Made by a program: the position numbers and the translations under genes. Source: Longimicrobiales bacterium (GTDB lineage: Bacteria; Gemmatimonadota; Gemmatimonadetes; Longimicrobiales; Gaopeijiaceae). From it: a DNA stretch of 64,000 bases. The stretch lies in contig CBDFMQ010000002.1 in assembly GCA_965249725.1 (NCBI GenBank), positions 2,592,001-2,656,000 of the forward strand, given 5' to 3'. Below, one piece after another: positions 18,465-28,457 of this stretch; position 1 is the first letter of the stretch; each line of letters begins with the position of its first letter. The notes below the pieces were generated by a model. It saw only the letters and a list, made by a program, of their open reading frames with translations, was not told the DNA's origin and made no database searches.

Positions 18465-18836
18465 ATGAGCGATGCCTCCGTTCGACATATCCCCTGGGAC
18501 AGCATTCCCAAGGAGGAGCTGAATCCCCTCCTACAGCGACAGCTGATCACGGGAGAAAAGGGCATGTTGGCCCACGTCCACCTTGCGAAAGGGGCCGTCG
18601 TCCCACAGCACTCCCACCACAACGAACAGTTCACGTACATCGTGTCGGGGACGTTGCGTTTCTGGATCGGCGAGGACCAGTCGGAGGTGATCGACGTGCG
18701 CGCCGGAGAGGTACTTCACATTCCGCCCCACGTACCGCACAAGGCGGAGGCGCTCGAGGACACCCTGGACCTGGACATCTTCGTTCCGCCGCGTGAGGAC
18801 TGGCTCACGGGGACCGACGACTACCTGCGGAGGTAG
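18465..18836 (+). CDS. Cupin domain protein
   Basis: HSHHNEQ...HIPPHVPH. Confidence 0.88.
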   Translation: MSDASVRHIPWDSIPKEELNPLLQRQLITGEKGMLAHVHLAKGAVVPQHSHHNEQFTYIVSGTLRFWIGEDQSEVIDVRAGEVLHIPPHVPHKAEALEDTLDLDIFVPPREDWLTGTDDYLRR

Positions 18837-18841
18837 CTGGG

Positions 18842-19633
18842 ATGGATCTGGGACTGAAGGGGAAGACCGCCCTCGTTGCCGCATCGAGTAAGGGCCTCGG
18901 CCGCGCCGTGGCCAACGAACTCGCAAGGGAAGGCGCCAAGCTCGTGATTTGCGCGCGCAAGGTCCGGCCTCTGGAGAGGGCTCGGTTGGCAATCTTCAAC
19001 GAGACGGGCGCGGAGGTCGTGGCGGTTCCCGCGGACCTGAGTGAGCCGGCGGACGTCGACCGTGTCGTGGCGGCCGCCAAGGCCGAGTTCGGCCGCATCG
19101 ACATCCTGGTGACCAACACGGGTGGGCCCCCTCCCGGCCCCTTCGAGAGCCACTCTCGAGACACGTGGAGCGAGGCGATACGCCAGAACCTCTACAGCGT
19201 GCTGAACCTCACTCGAGAGGTTCTTCCCGGCATGCGCGATGCGGGTTGGGGGCGGATCATCAACATCACGTCGGTGGCCGTGAAGCAGCCGGTCGACGGA
19301 CTCATCCTGTCGAACGCGGTCCGCGCTGCCGTCACCGGCTTCGCCAAAACCCTCGCCAACGAAGAGGCCCACTTCGGCATCACGGTGAACAACGTCATGC
19401 CGGGGTATACGAAGACCGAACGATTGGAGCAGCTTGCGGCCGATGCCGCCGACCGTTCGGGACTCATGCTCGAAGAGGCTTACGCGCTTTGGGAAAACCA
19501 GATTCCCATGGGGCGGATCGGGACGCCGGCCGAATTCGCGGCGTTGGTGACGTTCCTCGCGTCGGAGCGAGCCAGCTACATCACGGGAACCTCGATTCCA
19601 GTCGACGGAGGAGCCATCAAGTCGCTCCTCTAG
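18842..19633 (+). CDS. SDR family oxidoreductase
   Basis: AASSKGLG, NTGGPP, VDGG. Confidence 0.9.
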   Translation: MDLGLKGKTALVAASSKGLGRAVANELAREGAKLVICARKVRPLERARLAIFNETGAEVVAVPADLSEPADVDRVVAAAKAEFGRIDILVTNTGGPPPGPFESHSRDTWSEAIRQNLYSVLNLTREVLPGMRDAGWGRIINITSVAVKQPVDGLILSNAVRAAVTGFAKTLANEEAHFGITVNNVMPGYTKTERLEQLAADAADRSGLMLEEAYALWENQIPMGRIGTPAEFAALVTFLASERASYITGTSIPVDGGAIKSLL

Positions 19634-19703
19634 CGACCGAGGGCACAACGCGAGTCGGGGGTGGTATCAGCGGCGCAATCATCTGTATCAACCGGAGACA
19701 ATC

Positions 19704-20642
19704 ATGTCGGGGACGTTCGTGGAAGCTGAATACATATGGCGGGACGGTGAGGTCATACGATGGGAAGATGCGACGGTCCATCTCCTGAGCACGGCGGTCC
19801 AGTTCGGGACCTCCATGTTCGAGGGCATTCGCTGCTACGACACCCCCAACGGACCGTGTGTCTTCCGGCTGGGTGCGCACATCGAGAGACTCTTCCACTC
19901 CTGCAAGATCTACAGGATGGAGCCAGCGTATTCGCGGCAAGAGATCATCGATGCCTGTCTGACCACGATCGAGCGTAACGGCCTGAAGGACTGCTACATC
20001 CGCCCGATGGTGCTGCGCGGATACGGCTCTACCGGACTGAACCCCTCGGACAGCCCGATCGAGACCTACATCGCCACGTGGCCCTGGGGGGCCTACTTGG
20101 GGGAAGACGCGCTAGAGAAGGGCGTCGACGTCTGCGTGTCGTCGTGGAACCGGCCGGCGCCGAACACATTCCCGGTTCAAGCGAAGGCGGCCGGGCACTA
20201 CAACAACGCCCAGTTGATCAAGATGGAGGCCGTGGCAAACGGATACGCCGAGGGGCTCGTGTTGTCGACCGAGGGTCGTTTGAGCGAGGGTGGCGGGCAG
20301 AACGTATTCCTCGTGAGGGGCGGAACCTTGGTGACGCCCGAACTCGATGGCTCTCTGCTGCGTGGAGTGACGCGCGACGCCGTCATCACCATGGCCGGAG
20401 ACCTGGGCTTCGAGGTGCAGGAACGCCCCGTGCCCCGTGAAGACCTCTACACGGCGGACGAGGTGTTCTTCACGGGCACGGCGACCGAGGTGACTCCCAT
20501 TCGTAGCGTGGACCGCATCGACGTGGGCGAAGGGAAAGCCGGTCCTGTCACGAAGGCCGTCCAGAACCGCTTCCTGGCAGTCGCCAAAGGCGAAGAGGAA
20601 GACCGGCACGGGTGGCTCACACCCGTGTGCAAGGGCAGCTAG
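19704..20642 (+). CDS. ilvE: Branched-chain amino acid aminotransferase
   Basis: FEGIRCY, YIRP, AKAAGHY, LLRGVTR, FFTGTATEVTP. Confidence 0.92.
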   Translation: MSGTFVEAEYIWRDGEVIRWEDATVHLLSTAVQFGTSMFEGIRCYDTPNGPCVFRLGAHIERLFHSCKIYRMEPAYSRQEIIDACLTTIERNGLKDCYIRPMVLRGYGSTGLNPSDSPIETYIATWPWGAYLGEDALEKGVDVCVSSWNRPAPNTFPVQAKAAGHYNNAQLIKMEAVANGYAEGLVLSTEGRLSEGGGQNVFLVRGGTLVTPELDGSLLRGVTRDAVITMAGDLGFEVQERPVPREDLYTADEVFFTGTATEVTPIRSVDRIDVGEGKAGPVTKAVQNRFLAVAKGEEEDRHGWLTPVCKGS

Positions 20643-22384
20643 TTCCCCACCGCCACCGCGTCGACGTTCCTCGGGTCGGCGGCGCCCAGACGGTCACCGT
20701 TCTCCGGATCGATCATGATCGAGTGGGCCAGCCCCTGCCCTCCCCTGAGGGACACCGTGTAGCCGCGCCGTTCCAGATCTGCCAACGTCTCCGCGGAGAC
20801 TCCATCTTGCTCGATCCGGACGTTGTCGGGAAGCCACTGGTGGTGCAGGCGTTTGGCGTTGACCGCCTCCTGGATGTTCATGTCGAACTCCACGACGTTC
20901 AAGATCACCTGCATAACCGTATTGATGATCGTCCGACCACCGGGGCTCCCAACCACGGCGACCAGCTCTCCCGATTTGGCCAGGATGCTGGGAGTCATGC
21001 TCGACAGCATGCGCTGTTCGGGGCGAGCCAAGTTCGGCTCGGTACCGATCAACCCACTGTCGTTGGTGAGCCCCGGTCCGGCGTTGAAGTCACCCATCTC
21101 GTTGTTGAGAAGGAAGCCACCGCCCGGAACGGTGATGGCTGAGCCGTAGCCCGACTCGAGGGTGTAGGTGACGGAAACCGCCATGCCGTCACTGTCTACG
21201 ACGGAGTAGTGCGTCGTCTCCGGACTCTCGTACGGCTCGGTGGCATCGGTCGGCACGGAAACACCCGCTCTGACCGGATCGATATCGGATCGTTGCCGCG
21301 CGGCGTAGTCCTTGTCCGTCAGCCGATGAAGGGGCACGTCGACGAAGTCGACATCGGCCACGAACCGGGCACGGTCACGGTAGGCCCTCCGCATGGCCTC
21401 AACCACGTAGTGGATGTAGTCGGCCGAATTGTGGCCCATGGAGGCGAGGTCGTAGCCCTCGAGGATGTTCAGCATCTCCACCATCGCGATCCCGCCGCTG
21501 GAGGGCGGAGGCATGGAGATGACGTCGTAGCCCCGATACGTGCCTTTGATGGGCGTGCGCTCCTTGGCCTGGTACCGCGAGAGATCTTCCAGCGTGATGA
21601 TCCCCCCGCCTCTCTCCATCTCCGCCACGAGCAGGCGGGCCGTCTCACCCTTGTAGAAGCCGTCGCGGCCGTCGGCGGCGATGCGGTCCATGGTCCGGGC
21701 CAGGTCCGTCTGCACGAGCCGATAGCCGGCATCCAGCGGACGACCGTCCATCGAGAACGAGGCGACGGTGCCCTCGTACGCAGCGCCCCGCCCCTCGACG
21801 AGGCGCTGAAGGCCTCGCGCGAGTCGGTCCGTGATTTCGAAGCCGTCCCGAGCCAGAGCAGTCGCCGGGTTCACCAGACGACGCCACTCCTCGCTTCCGT
21901 AGAGGCGATGCGCCTTCCAGAACCCGGCCACGGTTCCCGGCACCCCTACGGCCATGTGGCCGTTGTGGTGCTTCGTGCGTGAGTACTCCCCTGATTGGTC
22001 GAGCCACATGTCGGGGTGTGCAGCCAGCGGAGCCTTCTCACGGAAGTCGATCGCCGTCGCGCCCCCGTCGGGAAAACGAATGACCATGAAGCCGCCACCG
22101 CCGATGTTGCCGGCGGACGGATGGGTCACCGCCAACGCGAAGCCCGTAGCGATGGCCGCGTCCACGGCGTTCCCGCCCGCGGCCAGGACATCGGCACCCG
22201 CCTTGCTGGCATGCACGCTCCCGGAGACCACCAAGCCATGGGGCGCACGAACCGGCCGTATCGTGTCGGTCTGTAGCGCTGCAGGTGCCGATGTGGAGAG
22301 CGGCTGAACGGCGACGAGTCCGGTCGTGCCCAACCACAAGACCGTCAGCGTGGCGAAGGCGAAGAAGCGACGACGGTCGATCAT
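20639..22384 (-). CDS. ggt: Gamma-glutamyltransferase
   Basis: GGNAVDAA, ETTHYSVVD, NNEMGDF, LSSMTP, GSPGG. Confidence 0.95.
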   Translation of the reverse strand: MIDRRRFFAFATLTVLWLGTTGLVAVQPLSTSAPAALQTDTIRPVRAPHGLVVSGSVHASKAGADVLAAGGNAVDAAIATGFALAVTHPSAGNIGGGGFMVIRFPDGGATAIDFREKAPLAAHPDMWLDQSGEYSRTKHHNGHMAVGVPGTVAGFWKAHRLYGSEEWRRLVNPATALARDGFEITDRLARGLQRLVEGRGAAYEGTVASFSMDGRPLDAGYRLVQTDLARTMDRIAADGRDGFYKGETARLLVAEMERGGGIITLEDLSRYQAKERTPIKGTYRGYDVISMPPPSSGGIAMVEMLNILEGYDLASMGHNSADYIHYVVEAMRRAYRDRARFVADVDFVDVPLHRLTDKDYAARQRSDIDPVRAGVSVPTDATEPYESPETTHYSVVDSDGMAVSVTYTLESGYGSAITVPGGGFLLNNEMGDFNAGPGLTNDSGLIGTEPNLARPEQRMLSSMTPSILAKSGELVAVVGSPGGRTIINTVMQVILNVVEFDMNIQEAVNAKRLHHQWLPDNVRIEQDGVSAETLADLERRGYTVSLRGGQGLAHSIMIDPENGDRLGAADPRNVDAVAVGN

Positions 22385-22431
22385 GCGGCTCTCCCTACTC
22401 TTGATTCAGATTTCGGATGCGTGATGGTAAC

Positions 22432-22866
22432 TCAAGCCTCTGAGTTTCGGTCGTAGTCGACGATGTTCTCCCACTCGCTGGCGTCCGAGCGTGCCACAAC
22501 GGCCACGACCGGCTCCGTATCGCTCATGTTGAACACCTCGTGTGGAACGTCGGGCTCGATGAAGATGAAGTCGCCCGCCTTGTTCTCCAACACGTGCTTC
22601 AGGCCCGGCCCGTACTCGTGGCGCACGTTCCCCTCGAGGATGTACAGCATGAGCTCGAAGCCGACATGGATGTGAGCATACGCGACTCCGCCCGGCGGAA
22701 TCGTCGCCACGTTCATGGAGAGCTTGCTGGACCCCACGTTCTTGGCGGAGAGGCCCGCCTTGTATCGGATGTTGTTCCAGCCACGGAAGGTACCGCTGCC
22801 ACGGATGGTGGAGATGCCCTCACCTCCTTCGACCATCGCGGCGAGATCTTGGGTGTCTTCAGACAT
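22432..22866 (-). CDS. Cupin domain protein
   Basis: AHIHVGFE...FIEPDVPH. Confidence 0.85.
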   Translation of the reverse strand: MSEDTQDLAAMVEGGEGISTIRGSGTFRGWNNIRYKAGLSAKNVGSSKLSMNVATIPPGGVAYAHIHVGFELMLYILEGNVRHEYGPGLKHVLENKAGDFIFIEPDVPHEVFNMSDTEPVVAVVARSDASEWENIVDYDRNSEA

Positions 22867-22883
22867 TCGGTTTACGCCCCTGA

Positions 22884-23585
22884 TTACAGTTCCTTTTTGA
22901 ACAGATCGGCCAGGGCGGGTCCCACACCTTCATCCTCGTGCTTAAAGAACACGAAGGCATCGTCCCAGCCCTGGTCCTTGAAGACTTCGGCCCAGCGCGT
23001 CAACTCACCCGGCTCGTACGCCTCTTTGCGAAGTCGAGCATATCCGTACGAGGCGGTTGCGACCACCGGCGGGTCGTTTTCGCCACCGGTGTCGGCCGCT
23101 ACCAGAGCAGCGTTCACCCCCCGCAGCACCTCGTAGACCTCTTCGTCGAACCAGGTCGGGTTCCGGAACTCGAACGCCGCACGAAACCCCTCCGGAAAGA
23201 GCGACACGAACCCTCGTAGGCGCTCCACGTCGACTTTCAGATTGGGGGGGAGTTGGAAGAGGATCGGCCCTCGTCGACCCCCGAGCTCATCCGAGACGTC
23301 GAGGAGGTAGGCGAGTTCGTCCGCGGCCTCGGGTTTGAGCCTCTTGAAGTGAGTGATCTTGCGGGAAGCCTTGAGTACGAACGCGAAATCGTCGGGCACC
23401 TTTCCACACCAGTCGGTGAGCACCTTTGGGGAGGGCATGCGATAAAACGTGTTGTTGTTCTCCACGGCGTTGAGTCGTTCGCCGTAGTACGAGAGCATCT
23501 GGTCGTTCTTCAGATCCTCCGGGTAGAAGCTCCCCTTCCACTCCTTGTAGGAGAAGCCGCTGGTGCCCACCCAAAACCGAGGCAC
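22884..23585 (-). CDS. DUF72 family protein
   Basis: GTSGFSYKEWKGSFYP, VENNNTFY, LFQLPP, EFRN. Confidence 0.9.
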   Translation of the reverse strand: MPRFWVGTSGFSYKEWKGSFYPEDLKNDQMLSYYGERLNAVENNNTFYRMPSPKVLTDWCGKVPDDFAFVLKASRKITHFKRLKPEAADELAYLLDVSDELGGRRGPILFQLPPNLKVDVERLRGFVSLFPEGFRAAFEFRNPTWFDEEVYEVLRGVNAALVAADTGGENDPPVVATASYGYARLRKEAYEPGELTRWAEVFKDQGWDDAFVFFKHEDEGVGPALADLFKKEL

Positions 23586-24505
23586 TAGAGCAGATACCCG
23601 CCGTCTATGGGGATCACGGCCCCCGTGATGTGTCTGGCGGCTTCTGAACACAGGAAGAGAACCACGCTTGATACGTCCTGGGGATCGCCCAGCCTGCCCA
23701 GCACGCTCCGCTCTCGTGCCCGATCGAGGATCTCGGCGGGCACACCGGCCGTGAGTCGGGTCGTGCGGATATATCCCGGAGCGACCGCGTTCACGTTGAT
23801 GTTCTTCGGACCGAGCTCGACGGCCGCGCTTCGGGTGAAGCCCATGATGCCGGCCTTGGACGCCGCGTAGTTGGCGATCCCGAATTCACTCTGAAGCCCA
23901 TGCACCGAAGTGATGTTGACGATCTTGCCCCACTCCTGAGCCCGCAGATAGGGCGCCACCGCCCGGGTCATTTGGAAGACCCCGGTGAGGTTGGTGTCCA
24001 GGACGGTGGACCACTCGTCGTCGTCCATGCGCCAGAGGGCCCGGTCACGGCCGACTCCCGCGTTGTTCACCAGGACGTGGACCCCGCCGAGATGCTCGAC
24101 GGACGTCGCCACGAAGTCGCTGACTTGGTCCGGATCTCTTACATCGGCCGACTGACAGTGGACCCGCACCCCAATCTCCTGCAGAGCGGTTGTGGTCTCC
24201 CGGGCCTCGTCCCTGGACTCCTCGCCTGTGTCCAGAAAGCAGAACGCCACATGGGTGCCGGCCCGGGCCAAATCCATGACGATGGCCCGACCGATTCCGG
24301 CCGACCCTCCGCTGACCAGTGCCACCTTGCCCCTGAGACCCTCGAGGTTGAGCAGTGGCAGAGGTTGGGTTCGGATGCCCACCTCGTCCAGCAACTGCTC
24401 CACGACGTCCTCCAACGCCGGCGGCTCCGCCGTGCCGATCTGTTCCTGCTCAGACGGGTCGCCGCCCAGCGCCGAAGCGGTCCTGTCGGGTTCTTGGTCA
24501 GACAT
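23585..24505 (-). CDS. SDR oxidoreductase (FabG-like)
   Basis: SGGSAGIG, NNAG, YAASK. Confidence 0.9.
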   Translation of the reverse strand: MSDQEPDRTASALGGDPSEQEQIGTAEPPALEDVVEQLLDEVGIRTQPLPLLNLEGLRGKVALVSGGSAGIGRAIVMDLARAGTHVAFCFLDTGEESRDEARETTTALQEIGVRVHCQSADVRDPDQVSDFVATSVEHLGGVHVLVNNAGVGRDRALWRMDDDEWSTVLDTNLTGVFQMTRAVAPYLRAQEWGKIVNITSVHGLQSEFGIANYAASKAGIMGFTRSAAVELGPKNINVNAVAPGYIRTTRLTAGVPAEILDRARERSVLGRLGDPQDVSSVVLFLCSEAARHITGAVIPIDGGYLL

Positions 24506-24582
24506 GGGGATCGGATGTTAGGGCAATAACATATGTTATTGTCGATGTTAGGGATCGGACCCCGCCTTCCGCAACGGATGGG

Positions 24583-26322
24583 TCAGCGGGCGGACGGCAG
24601 CCTGATTCTGACGGTGGTTCCCGAGCCGAGTTCGCTCTCGGCCTCAACGGTACCGTCCATCGCGGAGACGAGGTGCCTCACGATGGCGAGTCCAAGACCC
24701 GTGCCGCCTTCGGCGCGGGATCGGGCCGCATCGACCCTATAGAAGCGCTCGAAGATCCGGGGAAGATCGGCGGCGGGAATACCGGCCCCATCGTCCGCGA
24801 CCTCCACTGCCACGGTCTCCCCGTCGGGGACGATGCGTACCCAGACGGTCCCACCCTGATCGACGTACCTGAGGGCATTGTGGAAGAGGTTCGTGAGAAT
24901 CTGAGTGAGACCCGAAGGGTCGGCCCGAACGGAGCCGTGGCCCTCCACCATATACCGAACGTCTTTCTCCCGCGCCTTGTGATCGAGGGTCGCCCACACC
25001 GAATCGGCCACCGAGCCCACGTCGATCTCCTCGAGGTGCGCCTGCCAAGCCCCCGAGTCCAGTCGCGATAGATCCAACAGGTCATCCACGACGCGCTGAA
25101 GCCGGAGCGAGCTCGAGTGAATCATGCGAAGAAAGTCCTGTCGGAGAGGCTCCGGAGGATCGTCTTCGATGAGCGTCTCGGCGAAGCCCCGCATGGTGGT
25201 CAGCGGTGTCTTGAGTTCGTGCGAGGCGTTCGCCACGAAGTCCTGCCGAATCGTCTCTAGCTTCCGACTCTCCGTGACGTCCAGGAAGGTGACCACGGAT
25301 CCACCTTGATCGAGCGGCCGGGTCGAGACCATCAGGGTCCGATCGCGCAGGGGTACTTCCTTGGCCTTAAACCCCTCAGCGACAGAACTCTCGAAGATTT
25401 CGAGGAGCGGCGGGTGGCTGATCAGAGTGCCAATGGGGGCGAGAGGCGGAGGCCCGGCAATCCGCAGCAACGCCCGGGCGGCCCGGTTGATCCAGATCAC
25501 GCGCGCGTCCTCGGTCAACGCCACGACCCCTTCGGCCATGCAGTCGATGAGCGCCTCCATTTCGTCGCGCTCGTGGCCCAACTCCGAGAGTCGGCTCTGG
25601 AGTTCGTCGGACAGCCGGTTGAACGCGGCGTACAGCTCACGGAGCTCGGCCACGGGGGCGTCCACCGGTGCGCGCTGTTCGAAGTCCCCCGCGGCCAACG
25701 CACCGGCTCGTTCGGCCAACACCACCAAGGGGCGGGCCAGCATCCGACTAACGAGGTAGGCCACCACTAACGTCAGCAGCATTCCGAAGATCCCTGCGAC
25801 CGCTACCGTGCGCTGGCCCCGCCGTACGGCCTGATCGATGTCGTCCAATGGAGCGGCGATCCGGAGAACGACGTCCCGGTCCCCGAGAACAGCGGTCTGC
25901 GCACCGTAGAGAAAACGCCGCCCAACGGTGGCGCTCCGGCGCTCGGCGAAGCCCGTGACGCCCGACAGGGCGTCCAGCACTTCGGGTCGGTCGGCGTGGG
26001 TCTCGACGCCAGCCAGGTCTTGCTCCAGGACCTCCGAATCCCCCAGTACCTCACCGGCAAGGGCGATCAGCGTCACCCGATACTGAATGAGCTCGGCGAT
26101 GCGGCCGGCAAGGGCGTCCGGGGAGTCCCCGACGTCATCCGCGAGAATCGACGCGGCGAGATTCAGCTCGCGAGCTAGGGCCGCCTCATACTGGGAATTC
26201 AGCTCGCTACGCAGGCCCCTGGCCAACAACACGACCGCGAGCGCGACGACGAGGACGACGACTGCGAGGAAGCCGAAGAAGATCGGCTGGTGGGTCTTGA
26301 ACCGGGCTCCCTTCGCGCTCAC
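24583..26322 (-). CDS. Sensor histidine kinase, PhoR-like (HAMP-PAS-HisKA-HATPase)
   Basis: FVANASHELKTPL, FERFYRVD, GTGLGL; two TM segments. Confidence 0.9.
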   Translation of the reverse strand: MSAKGARFKTHQPIFFGFLAVVVLVVALAVVLLARGLRSELNSQYEAALARELNLAASILADDVGDSPDALAGRIAELIQYRVTLIALAGEVLGDSEVLEQDLAGVETHADRPEVLDALSGVTGFAERRSATVGRRFLYGAQTAVLGDRDVVLRIAAPLDDIDQAVRRGQRTVAVAGIFGMLLTLVVAYLVSRMLARPLVVLAERAGALAAGDFEQRAPVDAPVAELRELYAAFNRLSDELQSRLSELGHERDEMEALIDCMAEGVVALTEDARVIWINRAARALLRIAGPPPLAPIGTLISHPPLLEIFESSVAEGFKAKEVPLRDRTLMVSTRPLDQGGSVVTFLDVTESRKLETIRQDFVANASHELKTPLTTMRGFAETLIEDDPPEPLRQDFLRMIHSSSLRLQRVVDDLLDLSRLDSGAWQAHLEEIDVGSVADSVWATLDHKAREKDVRYMVEGHGSVRADPSGLTQILTNLFHNALRYVDQGGTVWVRIVPDGETVAVEVADDGAGIPAADLPRIFERFYRVDAARSRAEGGTGLGLAIVRHLVSAMDGTVEAESELGSGTTVRIRLPSAR

Positions 26323-27041
26323 TCGTCAACCTCGGGGGGCCGCAAGCGATACCCGAAGCCCCGCGCCGTCTCGATCCAGTCGCCCATAGTCCCCAGCTTC
26401 CCTCTCAGACGTTTGACGTACATGTCCACGGTACGCGTTTGAAGCCGCTCCGAGACGGACGACTCCACGTCCCACGCCCGCTCGAGGAGCTGCTGCCGGC
26501 TCTGTGTCTGGCCAGGGCGATCCACCAGGGCCTGCAGGAGTCGGAATTCCGTGCGGGTGAGGGTGAGTTCCTCACCCTCCAGGGTGACCGTGTGGGCCGT
26601 CAGGTCGATGATCAGAGGACCGGCGGAGATGGTTCGCCGTCCCTCCACGGTGCCAGCCGATCGACGGAGGATCGCCTGAACCCTCAGGACCAACTCTCTC
26701 GGGCTGAACGGCTTGGTGAGGTAGTCGTCGGCTCCGAGCTCGAGCCCGGCGATGCGGTCCTCTTCCTCGCGGCGGGCCGTGAGCAGAAGCACGGGAACCG
26801 ACCGCGTGGCCTTGTTGCTTCGAAGCTGACTCAAGACTTCATCTCCCGAGATTCCCGGGAGCATCCGGTCCAAAACGACGAGGTCGGGGACTTCCTTCTC
26901 GACCGCCCGAAGCGCCGCGGAGCCCTCAAGGGTCGTCTCGACATGGTATCCGGCCCGGGTGAGCTGGTACGCCACGAGCGCCGCGATGTCCGGCTCGTCC
27001 TCGACCACCAGAATCCGCTGGGACTGTGCCACGTCGGACAA
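26319..27041 (-). CDS. OmpR/PhoB-family response regulator
   Basis: VVEDE, LDRMLP, GADDYLTKPF, RTVDM, RGFGY. Confidence 0.92.
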   Translation of the reverse strand: MSDVAQSQRILVVEDEPDIAALVAYQLTRAGYHVETTLEGSAALRAVEKEVPDLVVLDRMLPGISGDEVLSQLRSNKATRSVPVLLLTARREEEDRIAGLELGADDYLTKPFSPRELVLRVQAILRRSAGTVEGRRTISAGPLIIDLTAHTVTLEGEELTLTRTEFRLLQALVDRPGQTQSRQQLLERAWDVESSVSERLQTRTVDMYVKRLRGKLGTMGDWIETARGFGYRLRPPEVDE

Positions 27042-27051
27042 GGATTGCCTC

Positions 27052-28287
27052 TCAGCTTCCCTTCAGAAGCGCCAGGACCTCGCCTTCGCTCAGTGTATGG
27101 TCCGTGGCCTTCGCGGCCTCGAACAACGTGCGGCACGCGCCCTCGTCGTCCTGGTCATACCCGTGGGCGGCCAACCAGGCCTTCACATTCGAGAGCCCTG
27201 ACATGGGGCCGATCTCGATCTCCTGAGCCCTACCCACCATCGAAGCCGGCACGCCCGAGTAGATGCGGTCGGCGAGCCACGCGTCCCCTTTGGCTGCAGC
27301 CTTCACGATAGCGGCTGCGTGTACTCCAGTACCTGTGCGGAACGCATCGCGGCCTACGACCGGATAGCTGCTCGTAAGGGGCACCTGGCAGGCATCCGCG
27401 GCGGTGCTGCAGTATTCGGGCAAGCGTGTGAGATCGGCGTCGTGAAGGCCGAGCAGCTTCAGGTTCACCAGCAGTAGGTCCATCTCCACGTTGCCGACAC
27501 GCTCTCCGATTCCGAGGGCGGTACCGTGAATCCGGGTGGCGCCGGCCTCGATCGCGGCGAGGGCATTCGCCAGGCCCAATCCGCGGTCACGGTGTCCATG
27601 CCAATCCACCCCGACATCCTCACCGGACGGGTCGACGATCTCTTCGATCACGAAGCGAACCAGGGCCCGCACGCCTGTAGGGGTCGCGTGCCCAACCGTG
27701 TCCGCCAGGCAGATTCGGCGGGCGCCCCACTCGATCGCGTGGGAATAGAGCGCCCTGAGCGTGTCGGGCCTCGCCCGCACGGTGTCCTCTGTCACGAACA
27801 TCACCGGCAGGCCCTCCGAAACGGCGAACGTCACCGCCTCCTCGGAAACGCTGAGCATCTTCTCGAGGGTCCAGTCCTCGGCGTACTGTCTTATCGGTGA
27901 ACTCCCGATGAAGGTGCAGACCTCGATCGAGAGGCCGCAGGCTTGAGAGATCTCGGCGATGGGTCGTATGTCGGCCACGACGGTTCTCGCCGCGCAATTG
28001 GCCTCGATCGACAGGCCCGCCTCTACGATCTCCGCGGCGAGGGCTTGGACGGCCTCGACGGCTCGCGGCCCGGCGCCAGGAAGGCCGATATCCGCCGTGT
28101 GGATCCCCAGCTCGTCCATCAGGTGGAGGAGCCGGATCTTGGCTTCGATGGGTGGATCTACGACGGAGGGATTCTGGAGACCGTCCCGCAGGGTCTCGTC
28201 ATCCAGTTCGATGTGGGACACGGAACTCCAGTCGAACGCATCGGGGTCGGCCGAGTTCCAGTCGTGAATGAGGTCCTGCTCGTCCAT
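27052..28287 (-). CDS. LeuA-family (2-isopropylmalate/homocitrate synthase-like) enzyme
   Basis: DETLRDGLQ, LADTVG, HGHRDRG, GIGERVGN; no C-terminal regulatory domain. Confidence 0.85.
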   Translation of the reverse strand: MDEQDLIHDWNSADPDAFDWSSVSHIELDDETLRDGLQNPSVVDPPIEAKIRLLHLMDELGIHTADIGLPGAGPRAVEAVQALAAEIVEAGLSIEANCAARTVVADIRPIAEISQACGLSIEVCTFIGSSPIRQYAEDWTLEKMLSVSEEAVTFAVSEGLPVMFVTEDTVRARPDTLRALYSHAIEWGARRICLADTVGHATPTGVRALVRFVIEEIVDPSGEDVGVDWHGHRDRGLGLANALAAIEAGATRIHGTALGIGERVGNVEMDLLLVNLKLLGLHDADLTRLPEYCSTAADACQVPLTSSYPVVGRDAFRTGTGVHAAAIVKAAAKGDAWLADRIYSGVPASMVGRAQEIEIGPMSGLSNVKAWLAAHGYDQDDEGACRTLFEAAKATDHTLSEGEVLALLKGS

Positions 28288-28457
28288 GGCCACGTTGGTT
28301 GAATTGCCCGTCCTGACCCCCCCGGGGCGAATCAGGGGCATCCACCCAAGATAGCCGGCGGCGTAGGAATCCTACAGGTAGCCCACGGCCTTCGGAGCCC
28401 GGTGCGAGCGGGCCGTCACCGTTTGACGCGCTCCCGACCGCCGCAGAGCTTGGCATC